From: Candidatus Nanoanaerosalina halalkaliphila
Lineage (GTDB): Archaea > Nanohalarchaeota > Nanosalinia > Nanosalinales > Nanoanaerosalinaceae
Direction: 5' to 3'
DNA length: 56,003 nucleotides
Assembly: GCA_022729335.1 (NCBI GenBank)
Contig: JALDAE010000001.1
Coordinates: 1 to 56,003, forward strand
A model generated the notes under the pieces. That model did not search any database, was not told the origin of the DNA, and worked only from the letters and a program-made list of their open reading frames with translations. Shown piece after piece: positions 44,572-53,807 of the stretch (position 1 is the stretch's first letter; every line of letters begins with the position of its first letter). Both the position numbers and the translations under genes were made by a program.

Positions 44572-44757
44572 ATGTCAGAAGAAATCGGAAAAGAGCACAT
44601 CAAAAAATCAGAGGAGATACTGGAAAAAGCAAAAAACCTCAACAAGAAAGAAGTTGAGTCTCAGCAGGAATCGAAGCAGGAAAAAATTGAGAGTATAAAC
44701 GAACACCTTGAAAGCATAAGGAAAGAAGTTGAAGATCTTTTAAAAGACAGGGAATAA
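44572..44757 (+). CDS. Possible small coiled-coil protein
   Basis: 61 aa counted from the ATG at 44572 (MSEEIGKEH...). It is E/K-rich and I recognise no homology. Confidence 0.25.
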   Translation: MSEEIGKEHIKKSEEILEKAKNLNKKEVESQQESKQEKIESINEHLESIRKEVEDLLKDRE

Positions 44758-44758
44758 C

Positions 44759-45526
44759 TCATAAATCTATCTCAACAGACTGGTTGTCATCAGGAATCTT
44801 TATCGTGTCGTCCATTCCCTGTTCAGCAATCCATCTCTTTTCTTCTTCGAAATGATCGATGAAATCATTCGAAAGATGGTTGATATATATCTTTTCGGGA
44901 TTGATTTTTTCAGCTATCTCCACAACATCTTTTAGACCTAGATGACCTATCCAGTCTACTTTATGGGTTCTCGGGCAGCTTATGACCATGTAATCGCTTC
45001 CATCAAATTTTTCTATCAGGCCATCGAACATAGAAGTATCAGGGATATAGGAAAAAGTTTTTCCATCTCTGGAAAGTTTGAAACCGGTTGTTATAACATC
45101 CTTGTGTATTACTTCTTTTATTTCCATTCTGAGACCGTTTTTAAGCTTTTGAACGTCTCCTTCTTCAACGCATACCTCTTTTTCTATTGCCTCTCTGTGG
45201 TAGTTGCTTATTGCGCTGTGCACATTGTTGTTGGATAGATAATCCCTGTTGGATATCAAATAGCCTTTTTTTGAAATACATCCGTGTGTCATAGCCTCTA
45301 TCATAACTTCAACGTCGCCTTCATGATCCAAGTGAGGGTGAGAAACAAATATAGCGTCCAGGTCTCCCAGATCGATACCGTTCTTTATACCGTGAACCAG
45401 AGCTCCCGGCCCTGGATCAACTGACATCATGAATCCTTCTTCATTAAAAATCATACCTCCTGTCTGTCTCCTTTGCTTCAGCATACAGACACGGCATCCA
45501 CCGGTTCCAAGAAAAGTTATTTCCAC
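44759..45526 (-). CDS. MBL-fold metallo-hydrolase
   Basis: FLGTGG and VSHPHLDHEGD (HxHxDH motif) are present. Confidence 0.8.
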   Translation of the reverse strand: MEITFLGTGGCRVCMLKQRRQTGGMIFNEEGFMMSVDPGPGALVHGIKNGIDLGDLDAIFVSHPHLDHEGDVEVMIEAMTHGCISKKGYLISNRDYLSNNNVHSAISNYHREAIEKEVCVEEGDVQKLKNGLRMEIKEVIHKDVITTGFKLSRDGKTFSYIPDTSMFDGLIEKFDGSDYMVISCPRTHKVDWIGHLGLKDVVEIAEKINPEKIYINHLSNDFIDHFEEEKRWIAEQGMDDTIKIPDDNQSVEIDL

Positions 45527-45588
45527 TACTTACCTCCCGCAGCAAAGTTCCGGTTTAATTTTTAATAATCAATCGACCATTTTTTTAT

Positions 45589-45897
45589 ATGGCCAGACAG
45601 GAAGAAGTTGACATATTTGTGAAGCATTACGGCCTCTACATAGAACCCGAATACCGGTTCATGGACCTAGTATCCGAACTAGGAGAGGTTTCAAAACAGA
45701 TAATCGCTCAGACAGATTACGGGGACAAGGAAAAAATAGAAAAAACGGAATACCTGGAGGAAGAGCTGGGAGACCTCTATTTCTCACTGATTGTACTTGC
45801 GAACAGTCTTAACATCGATCTAGATATTGCACTGGACAATGTGATGGAGAAGTACAAGAAAAGAATAGAGGAAAACGGAGATCCGGGTTCCGAATAG
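45589..45897 (+). CDS. MazG-type nucleotide pyrophosphohydrolase
   Basis: ELGEVSKQI ... EEELGDLYFSLIVLANSLNIDLDIALDNVMEKYKKR matches the EExxE/D metal-binding helices. Confidence 0.8.
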   Translation: MARQEEVDIFVKHYGLYIEPEYRFMDLVSELGEVSKQIIAQTDYGDKEKIEKTEYLEEELGDLYFSLIVLANSLNIDLDIALDNVMEKYKKRIEENGDPGSE

Positions 45898-45898
45898 A

Positions 45899-47964
45899 TT
45901 ATACGACCTGAACCCCGTCTCTGATGTCTTCATCAGGTTCAACTAGTTTAACCTCTTTGTCGTCATCGTCTGCTGCCAGAACCATAACCTCTGATTTCTC
46001 TCCTCTAAGTTCTGCTGTTTCAAGGTTGTTCAGAACAACTACTTTCTTCCCTTCCAGTTCCTCTGGAGTGTAGTGATCCTTGAGACCCGAGCAGCTCTGT
46101 TTTATTTCATCTCCAACGTTTATTTTGAGGATGTAAAGTTTGTCGGCGTTGGGATGATCCTCCACCTTTTCGATTGTTGCGGTTCGCATGTCTAGTTTTT
46201 GAAACTCTTTGAAACTTATTTCGTCCATTTTATCACCTTCTTCATCTTCAGAACTTTCATCAAGCTGTTTTTTAAGTTTCTCACGGTCTATTTTGTGGAA
46301 AAGCAGCTCCTTGTCTCCGAGCTGTTTTCCTCCTTCTAGAAGGCCTTTTCTCTCCACAAATTCTCCAAGCAGGTCGACACCACCCGATATTTCTTCTTCA
46401 ATGGCCAGCATATCCCATATCTTTCTGGATGACTCCGGTATGTAGGGATAAAGTGCGGCCGCAAGCGGTTTCAGAGACTGCAGGCATGCATAAATGACGT
46501 CTTCCTGGACATCCTCGTTTTTCCATGGCTCTTTTCTGGATAGAAACTCGTCTCCTTTTCTTGCTATCGATACAGCTTCTTCAAGTCCTTTTCTAAGATC
46601 TTTGTCTTTTTCCACTGTATCGTAGAAATCATTCACTTTTTCCGAAATACCTTCATCTCCAAAAAGAAATTCTCTGGAATCCTCCTCCAGATCAGATACC
46701 TCTATGTTCGGTACCCTGTTCTCGAACCATTTTTCGGCCAGACTAATAACTCTGTTTACATAGTTTCCAACGGTGTCGTTGAGCTCATTGTTCACCCTTG
46801 CCTCGAAATCCTCCCATGAAAACTTTGAGTCCTGACCGACAGGAAGTATGGAGGAAATGTAGTATCTCCAGTAATCAGCAGGAAGCATGTCCAGGGCTGT
46901 CCATGCATCAAGACCTGTACCCCTTGATTTGGAGAACTGGACCTCTCCGGAAAGCAGGAACTGCTGTATGAACTCGTAATCAGGCAAGTTGTAATTTTCT
47001 TCCTGACCTAAAAGAATAGAAGGCCATATAATGGTGTGGAAAATGGTGTTGTCTTTTCCGATGCTGTATATCGTCTCTGCCTCCTGGTTTTTCCAGTAAT
47101 CAGTCCATCTTTCTTCATCTCCCTTGGAATCAAAGTACTGCCTTGTTATACCAATATAGCCGATAGGAGCATCGAACCATACATACAGGACTTTGTCTTC
47201 GTAAATATCATCGTCTATTCCTTCAAGGCCTTCTGTCGGGATATCGAAGCCCCATGAGATATCTCTTGTGATACATCTGTCCTCAAGGCCTTCCTCGAGC
47301 AAGTTGTTTACCTCTTTTTTCACGTTGTCCGGCACATGATCTCCTTTTTCCATCCACTCCTTGAGCCTTTCTTCGAACTTGGGAAGCTGCAGGTAAAGGT
47401 TCTTTGTCTTGCTGAACTCTATTTTTTTGCCCTCGCATATAGTGCAGTATGGATCAATTATTTCCTCGGGTTCTAGAAGTTTGCCGCATCCCTGTTCGTC
47501 ACACTGGTCTCCTCTGGCAAGTCCTCCGCAGTGCGGACATTCTCCCTCTATGTATCTGTCCGGAAGAAAACGCTCGCAGTCCAGACAGTAGGGCATCTCC
47601 TGTGTTTTTTCTGTTATGTACCCGTTCTTGTAAAGCTTTCGAAACATTTTGTGCGTCTGTTTCCGGTTGTACTCTGTGTGAGTGCGTCCATAAAGAGTGA
47701 AATCGATATTGAAATCTTTTATAACATTTTTAACTTTTTTATGCTGCTCATCAGCATAAACTTCGGGCTTTTTCCCTTCCTCTAGTGCAGCAAGCTCAAG
47801 TGGTGTGCCGTGTTCGTCAGAACCACAAATAGATATGTTTTCAACTCCTGCCACATCCAGAAACCTGCTGTATATGTCAGCCGGGAGAAGCGAACCTGCT
47901 ATGTTACCGAGATGTGGTATACCGTGTATGTATGGAAGTGCCGAAGTGACTATCTTTTTTTCAC
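45899..47964 (-). CDS. metG: Methionyl-tRNA synthetase with a C-terminal Trbp111/EMAP-like tRNA-binding domain; the 5' end needs a 1-nt frame correction or a non-canonical start
   Basis: Zinc knuckles (CLDCERF...CPHCGG, CTICEG) and KMSKS-like FSKSRG. The tail has HPNADKLYILKINVGD. The HIGH region (TSALPYIHGIPHLGNIAG) is encoded at 47855-47950, upstream of the ORF-track start. Confidence 0.9.
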
Positions 47965-48072
47965 TAAAGGCTGATCACCTGTCTGTTTGGTTTAACTCCG
48001 AAGTTTTTTAGTTTTACCTTGTAACCGACTTCTGATTAAAAAAATTTAAACTTTCAGAACTATTAAACTGAC

Positions 48073-48639
48073 ATGGAACTTTATTTTGCGACAGGGAATG
48101 ACAGCAAAGTCAAAGAGTTCAAAAACGCTCTGGAAAGCTTTGAAGTCACATTAAAAAGAATAGACATAGATTTAGCGGAAATGGATCATGAAGACGTGGA
48201 AAAAGTCTCAAGAAGAAAAGCGGTGGATGCCTACAACGAATCAAATATCGAAGAACCTGTGATGGTCGAGGATTCAGGACTTTATGTGAGCGCTCTTGGT
48301 GGTTTCCCTGGCTCTGTATCAAGTTACTTCTTTGAAAAATGTGGTAACCACGGCCTTCTAAAACTTTTGAAGGATATAGGAGAACGAGACGCCTATTTCA
48401 AGACCAGTATAGCAATATATTTTCCGGAAAAAGATGACACAAAGACATTATCAGGGGTCTGTAAGGGCAGAATCTCTAGAAAAATTAGAGGAGACTCTGG
48501 TTTCGGCTACGACCCTGTATTCATTCCCGAGGGAAGAAACAAAACTTTTGCGGAAGACTTCTCTGTTAAAGAGGAAATATCGCATAGAAAAAAAGCTATA
48601 GAAAAGCTGAAAAAGTATCTTGAGGAGAAAGGTCTTTAG
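48073..48639 (+). CDS. rdgB: Non-canonical purine NTP pyrophosphatase (HAM1/RdgB, XTP/dITPase)
   Basis: FATGNDSKVKEF, VEDSGL, GFPG, GFGYDPVF and ISHR. Confidence 0.87.
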   Translation: MELYFATGNDSKVKEFKNALESFEVTLKRIDIDLAEMDHEDVEKVSRRKAVDAYNESNIEEPVMVEDSGLYVSALGGFPGSVSSYFFEKCGNHGLLKLLKDIGERDAYFKTSIAIYFPEKDDTKTLSGVCKGRISRKIRGDSGFGYDPVFIPEGRNKTFAEDFSVKEEISHRKKAIEKLKKYLEEKGL

Positions 48640-48642
48640 GCA

Positions 48643-49443
48643 TCAGACCTTTTTCAGTATCCTCTTGAAATCCTTGAAAACAAAGTTGGGTTTCTCTATA
48701 TTTTCTATGTCCCTAAGATCTTCTTTCTTGGAAGTTCCTCCAAGAACCAGGCCTGTTTTTATCCCCATCTTGTTACCTGTCACCACATCTGTATGGATGT
48801 GATCACCGATTAGAGCGGTTCTTTCCCTAAAAATCGGAAATTCATCTTTTATTATCTTTACCATGTGATCCGAAGGCTTCCCGACTAATTCAGCCTCTTC
48901 GGTTTCAGCGGCTCTCTTTACTGATTCAAGAATTGCTCCGGTACCCGGCAACATCCTGTCTCCTGCTCTGAAGTTTTCACCGTAGGCTGTTGTCCAAAGT
49001 TTTGCTCCGTACCTTATTGCTTCGGCGGCCTTGGCCATCTTCCAGTAACTGAAGTTCCTATCAACTCCGACTATGACATGATCCGCATCCTCTGACTTGG
49101 TTATGTGCTCCCTTCCGAGTTCATCCAGAAGGCCTTTTTCCCCTATCACGTATGCCTCATCGATGTTCCTGTCCGCAAAAACCTGGGCTGTCGCATAAGA
49201 TGTACAGAGAACATTATCAACTTCGGTCTTGAGACCTAGATCGGATAGCTTCTCGGCGAACTCCTTTCTTGTAAGTATGGAATTATTGGTCAAAAAGTAT
49301 ATGTTTTTTCCTTTAGCCTCTAATCTCCTTATAGTCTGCTTGACACCAGGTATAAGTCTGTTCCAATGCCAAACCGTTCCATCAAGATCAAATATAAAAT
49401 GTTTAACGTCTTTAAGATCTTCCTCTTTCTTTTTGACAGCCAT
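48643..49443 (-). CDS. HAD-superfamily hydrolase, subfamily IIA (NagD-like phosphatase)
   Basis: FIFDLDGTVW, YFLTNNS, GKP and IGDHIHTDV. Confidence 0.83.
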   Translation of the reverse strand: MAVKKKEEDLKDVKHFIFDLDGTVWHWNRLIPGVKQTIRRLEAKGKNIYFLTNNSILTRKEFAEKLSDLGLKTEVDNVLCTSYATAQVFADRNIDEAYVIGEKGLLDELGREHITKSEDADHVIVGVDRNFSYWKMAKAAEAIRYGAKLWTTAYGENFRAGDRMLPGTGAILESVKRAAETEEAELVGKPSDHMVKIIKDEFPIFRERTALIGDHIHTDVVTGNKMGIKTGLVLGGTSKKEDLRDIENIEKPNFVFKDFKRILKKV

Positions 49444-49481
49444 GATTTTAAAGTTGTATTTAAATGTTAAAAGTTTTCCTG

Positions 49482-50246
49482 TCAGAACGCCTGAAGATAT
49501 GCATCTCTTGTGTTTCTGTTAAAAATATCTGCCAGCTCCTCCTTTTCTTTTCCAAGAATATCGGAGATTTTTTCAAGGGACTCATAAACCTTGTAAGGGA
49601 AATTCCTCGAATCACCGGGGTAAAGATACGGGGCATCGGTTTCAAGAATAATGTTTTCAAGCGGCGTGCTTTTTACTAACTCCTGAACACGGCTGGAGTA
49701 TAGTACCTGGGTAGTTATGGATATGAAGTAATTTCTTTCAACAGCTTTTTCTGCCAGATCCGTGTTTCCGTTGAAACAGTGGAGGATCACTGATTCAAGG
49801 TCGTATTCATCCAGAATATCCAGAACCTGTTTCTCCGCGTCCCTCGAGTGAACAACTACAGGCATTTTGAGCTCCTCAGCCAACTTTAGAAGCCTTCTAA
49901 AAATCCTTTCCTGTTTCTTCCTGCCTTCCTTTGAACTCTCATGATGAAAATCCATCCCTATCTCACCAACAGCAACTATCTCATCCTCATGTTGCTTTAT
50001 GCTATTAACAATCTCTTCTATATCTCCTTCATCCATACCATCTATCTTTACAGGGTGCATGCCCATAGTGGGATAGACGAAACCCTGGTGTTCTCTTGAA
50101 AGTTCAAGAGTGGTTTTGTTGTTTTCAGGAGAGGAACCCGAGTTCACCACTAGTTCCAGTTTTTCCTTGCATTCCTCCATGACTTCTTCCCTGTCCTCAT
50201 CGTACTGTGGAAAGTCCAGGTGGCAGTGGTTATCTATCAGCTTCAT
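49482..50246 (-). CDS. tatD: TatD-family metal-dependent hydrolase/DNase
   Basis: LIDNHCHLD, AVGEIGMDFH, VVVHSRDA, ILHCFNG and LETDAPY. Confidence 0.87.
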   Translation of the reverse strand: MKLIDNHCHLDFPQYDEDREEVMEECKEKLELVVNSGSSPENNKTTLELSREHQGFVYPTMGMHPVKIDGMDEGDIEEIVNSIKQHEDEIVAVGEIGMDFHHESSKEGRKKQERIFRRLLKLAEELKMPVVVHSRDAEKQVLDILDEYDLESVILHCFNGNTDLAEKAVERNYFISITTQVLYSSRVQELVKSTPLENIILETDAPYLYPGDSRNFPYKVYESLEKISDILGKEKEELADIFNRNTRDAYLQAF

Positions 50247-50354
50247 GTTCTTCAGATATGGACAACAAACTTTTTATTGGTGGACCAACCCGGAAGGGAT
50301 TTTATAAATATTTACTCGTAATGTCTTTTAGTGACTTAAATAGGAGGAATCACT

Positions 50355-50963
50355 ATGCTTATTGAAAAAGAAAAGTATCTTTCAGCAGGTGCTAACATCG
50401 GTACAAGGAGAAGGGTAGAAGATATGAAGCCCTTCATTTACAGAGTGAAGAAAAACAAGCTCGCTATAATTGATCTGGAAAAAACAGATAACAGGATTGA
50501 GATTGCCGGAAAGTTTTTGGCAAGGTACGAACCGGAGGATATCCTGGTGATTTCAAGGAAAGAGATAGGACAGAAACCTGTTGTCAAGTTTTCCGAGGCA
50601 ACCGGTGCAGAGAACATCTACGGAAGGTTCATGCCAGGCACACTTACGAATCCCAACAACGACGATTTCCAGGAGCCGAAGATAGTTGTCATAACGGACC
50701 CTATAGAAGACAGTCAGGCTGCGGACGAAGCAACTGATGCAAGGATCCCTGTAGTTTCGCTTTGCGACACTGTCAACAAGCTGGACTATATCGACTATGC
50801 TATCCCTTGCAACAACAAGGGCAGGAAGTCTCTTGCACTAGTATACTACCTTCTTGCAAGAGAATACTTGAAGAACAGGGGAGAAATCGAGTCCGACGAG
50901 GATTTCGATTACGAGATAGAGGACTTCGAAGCTGACGAATCAGTCGAAGAGGAAAGCGAGTGA
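50355..50963 (+). CDS. rps2: 30S ribosomal protein S2 (uS2)
   Basis: YLSAGANIGTRR, LAIIDLEKT, GRFMPGTLTNP, VVITDP and IPVVSLCDT, followed by an acidic tail. Confidence 0.92.
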   Translation: MLIEKEKYLSAGANIGTRRRVEDMKPFIYRVKKNKLAIIDLEKTDNRIEIAGKFLARYEPEDILVISRKEIGQKPVVKFSEATGAENIYGRFMPGTLTNPNNDDFQEPKIVVITDPIEDSQAADEATDARIPVVSLCDTVNKLDYIDYAIPCNNKGRKSLALVYYLLAREYLKNRGEIESDEDFDYEIEDFEADESVEEESE

Positions 50964-50998
50964 AAAGTTTTATTCATTCCTCTTCCCTATAATTTCTT

Positions 50999-51781
50999 AT
51001 GTTTGAAAGTTCATCGGGGTACTATCCCAACAATCCACACACTCTTGAAAAAGATCTGAAAGAATTTCTGGGGGAAAATCCAAGACTCGGCATAAAACCT
51101 GATCTAGTTGTTGCTCCCGAGGAAGGTCTTTCGGACTGCGGGGAGGTATACGGTAGGTTGTACTCGGCACTAGATCTTTCAAAGTTTAACAACGCGGTGA
51201 TAATCGGAAACGCTCCCATAAATACAGGTCCCGAAATCAGTTTTGTGGAAGAAAGTTTCAAAACTCCTCTTGGAACTGTTGAAGTCGACAAAAACTTTAC
51301 CACACAGCTAAAACTGGCCGAGAACTTCGAAAAAAGAGATGATCTTTTCCACATCCCGTTCGTCGAGATGCAGACAATCTTTCTCCAGATGAAGCTAGAT
51401 GATTTCAAGATTGTACCGATAATGATCAACAACAGTGCGGAAGATGATAAATGGGAAGATGCAGTAAAAACAATAGAAGATATTTTGAACCCTCAGGATC
51501 TCTTGATAACCTGTTCAAACCTTGCAACTTCAGACAAAGACCAAAAAATGATCAAAAAATATGATTCAAACATACTGAGATGTTTAAGAGATGATATAAA
51601 TCGAGAAAAATTTAGGAAGAGAGGTCAAAACTATAATTTAAGCGGTTGGAGAGCTGTATCGACAGGTCTAGAGATTTTAGGCGATGGAAAAACATTCCAT
51701 CTTTTTGGCCACAAAGTAAGAACTCCTGACAAAATTCTAAAAACAAAAACAACAGGTTTCGCAGGTATCTGTTTTGATTAA
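50999..51781 (+). CDS. MEMO1/AmmeMemoRadiSam-B-like protein with a divergent active site
   Basis: SGYYPNNPHTLEKDLKEFL is the Memo N-terminal motif. FHIPFVEMQTIFLQ...KIVPIMINN corresponds to the HS.E.q.PFLq...vPi region. The gene sits downstream of rps2, as in many archaea. Confidence 0.65.
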   Translation: MFESSSGYYPNNPHTLEKDLKEFLGENPRLGIKPDLVVAPEEGLSDCGEVYGRLYSALDLSKFNNAVIIGNAPINTGPEISFVEESFKTPLGTVEVDKNFTTQLKLAENFEKRDDLFHIPFVEMQTIFLQMKLDDFKIVPIMINNSAEDDKWEDAVKTIEDILNPQDLLITCSNLATSDKDQKMIKKYDSNILRCLRDDINREKFRKRGQNYNLSGWRAVSTGLEILGDGKTFHLFGHKVRTPDKILKTKTTGFAGICFD

Positions 51782-51820
51782 CATATATTTTAATAAACCT
51801 CTTTAAGCCATTATAAAAAT

Positions 51821-52399
51821 ATGAGAAGAATATATTCGGTTTTTTTGATAACTCTCTTTATTATTATGTTTCTTTCCGCAGGTGTCACAGGTCAAGGCGA
51901 GACACCTCTTGATGATATGCGCCTAAACCTCGGGGATTCAAACGACTTTTTTGTCAGAGTATACAATCCCCTTGCAGACAAAGATATCCTGAACGTTGAG
52001 TTCAGGGGAGATGCCCTGTCTCTTATAGATTTGGAATTGCTGGATTCTTATGACGATGTTACAGACCTTGAAAATTGTGATTTTAACAGTGAAAGCTTAT
52101 GTTGTGACCAGAACCTGGAATGCAGACTCGAGCTGGACCCAGGTGAGGAGAGGCAGGTCAGTTATCGTGCCACATCAACAATGTCAGGAGACATAACAGG
52201 TATCCAGCAGGGTCAGGCTGAGCTTATATCCGAGGCAGTTTCTGAAAAGACTCATTTAGACGACCATGATACGGTAACAGTTATTGTAGATCCTGTAGCT
52301 CACGATGAAGGTATAGTGGGTTCCACAGGTTTGACCGCGCCTTTTCTAGTGTTACTTTTCTTGGCAGGAACCACTTTTTATATGTTTTATAAGGATTGA
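51821..52399 (+). CDS. Exported protein with an N-terminal signal peptide and a C-terminal transmembrane anchor
   Basis: N-terminus MRRIYSVFLITLFIIMFLSAGVTG; C-terminus GLTAPFLVLLFLAGTTFYMFYKD; four Cys in the middle (CDFNSESLCCDQNLEC). Confidence 0.5.
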   Translation: MRRIYSVFLITLFIIMFLSAGVTGQGETPLDDMRLNLGDSNDFFVRVYNPLADKDILNVEFRGDALSLIDLELLDSYDDVTDLENCDFNSESLCCDQNLECRLELDPGEERQVSYRATSTMSGDITGIQQGQAELISEAVSEKTHLDDHDTVTVIVDPVAHDEGIVGSTGLTAPFLVLLFLAGTTFYMFYKD

Positions 52400-52476
52400 G
52401 GTTCAAGAATATTAAGGAAGATTAATTTTGTTTTACGATTAAGTATCTTTTTTTAAATTTAAATGAGGTAATAACA

Positions 52477-53790
52477 ATGAAAATACACGCAATAGGTGGA
52501 TATAACCAGGTCGGAAAGAACATGACCGCTGTTGAAGTTGATGACGGTATAGTTCTTATCGATATGGGTTATGACATGGAAGAAGTCATTGAAAATGACA
52601 AAGAAATTGAAGAACTATCTACTAAGGAAACTATAGAGACAGGTGCTATACCTGACGATTCAAAAATTCACGACAAGAAGGAAAAAGTCAAGGCAATAGT
52701 TATAGGGCACGGTCATCTTGACCACGTCGGAGCTGTTCCAAAACTGGCCGGTTCCTACGACTGCCCCATAATCGCAAGTCCTTTCACTATGAGCGTTATC
52801 AAAAGAAAGGTCGATAACGACAGGAAAGGTCTTGACAACGAGCTTGTCGAGATGGAACCTGGAGAAAGTTACCAGGCTAGCGAAGGTATAGCGATAGAAT
52901 TTGTAAACATAACACATTCAATTCCTGGTGCAGTGATGCCTGTAGTACATACAGACGAAGGTACTATGGTATACGGACTGGACAACAGACTCGACGACGA
53001 TCCGGTTCTCGGAGATACTCCTGATTACGAGAGATTGAGAGAGCTTGGAGAAGAAGGAGTTGAAGTATTTATTGGAGACTCAACAAGAGTTGACGAACCA
53101 GGAAGATGTATGTCAGAAAGTATAGTGAGCACAGAGCTTGTACATACTCTTGACCAGGCATATGAAGACGACAGAGGGGTTTTCATCACGACATTTTCCT
53201 CACACATAGAACGTCTTACAAGTATTCTTGAGGCAAACGATGGAAGAAGAAAAGTTGCTCTGATAGGAAGATCTTTGAAAGAGTACACGAACTCCGCCGA
53301 AGATCTTGGCATGATCGATCTCGATGATGTGGAAGTTGTGAGCTACTGGGACGAGACTAACGAACTGCTTGAAAAGATATCAAAGGAAAAAGAAGAGTGG
53401 TTAGTCATATGTACAGGTCACCAGGGAGAATCAGGAGCAGCCCTCACAAGGATCGCAAAGGGAGATTACCCTATCGAGATAGAAGAAGGAGACAACGTGA
53501 TTTTCTCTTCTTCAGTAATCCCAAGTCCTCTTAACAGAGCCAGCAGATACAGGCTTGACAAGATGATTAAGAGAGAGGGAGGAAGAGTTATCAGTGAAGT
53601 CCACGTCTCTGGACACGCAAAGAGAGAAGACTGTAGAGATCTATTGATGATGCTCGATCCCGAAAACTTTATTCCTAGCCACGGAACAACCGAGATGCTT
53701 GCATCTCACGTCACACTTGCAAGAGAGGAAGGATACACACTCAACGAGGATCTTTTCCTCCTTGAAAACGGAAACACTATAGAGTTTTAG
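52477..53790 (+). CDS. rnj: Archaeal RNase J (MBL/beta-CASP ribonuclease)
   Basis: IHAIGGYNQVGKNMT, IGHGHLDHVGA, a beta-CASP region, VHVSGHA and IPSHG. Confidence 0.87.
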   Translation: MKIHAIGGYNQVGKNMTAVEVDDGIVLIDMGYDMEEVIENDKEIEELSTKETIETGAIPDDSKIHDKKEKVKAIVIGHGHLDHVGAVPKLAGSYDCPIIASPFTMSVIKRKVDNDRKGLDNELVEMEPGESYQASEGIAIEFVNITHSIPGAVMPVVHTDEGTMVYGLDNRLDDDPVLGDTPDYERLRELGEEGVEVFIGDSTRVDEPGRCMSESIVSTELVHTLDQAYEDDRGVFITTFSSHIERLTSILEANDGRRKVALIGRSLKEYTNSAEDLGMIDLDDVEVVSYWDETNELLEKISKEKEEWLVICTGHQGESGAALTRIAKGDYPIEIEEGDNVIFSSSVIPSPLNRASRYRLDKMIKREGGRVISEVHVSGHAKREDCRDLLMMLDPENFIPSHGTTEMLASHVTLAREEGYTLNEDLFLLENGNTIEF

Positions 53791-53807
53791 TTTACAAGGT
53801 GTAACTT

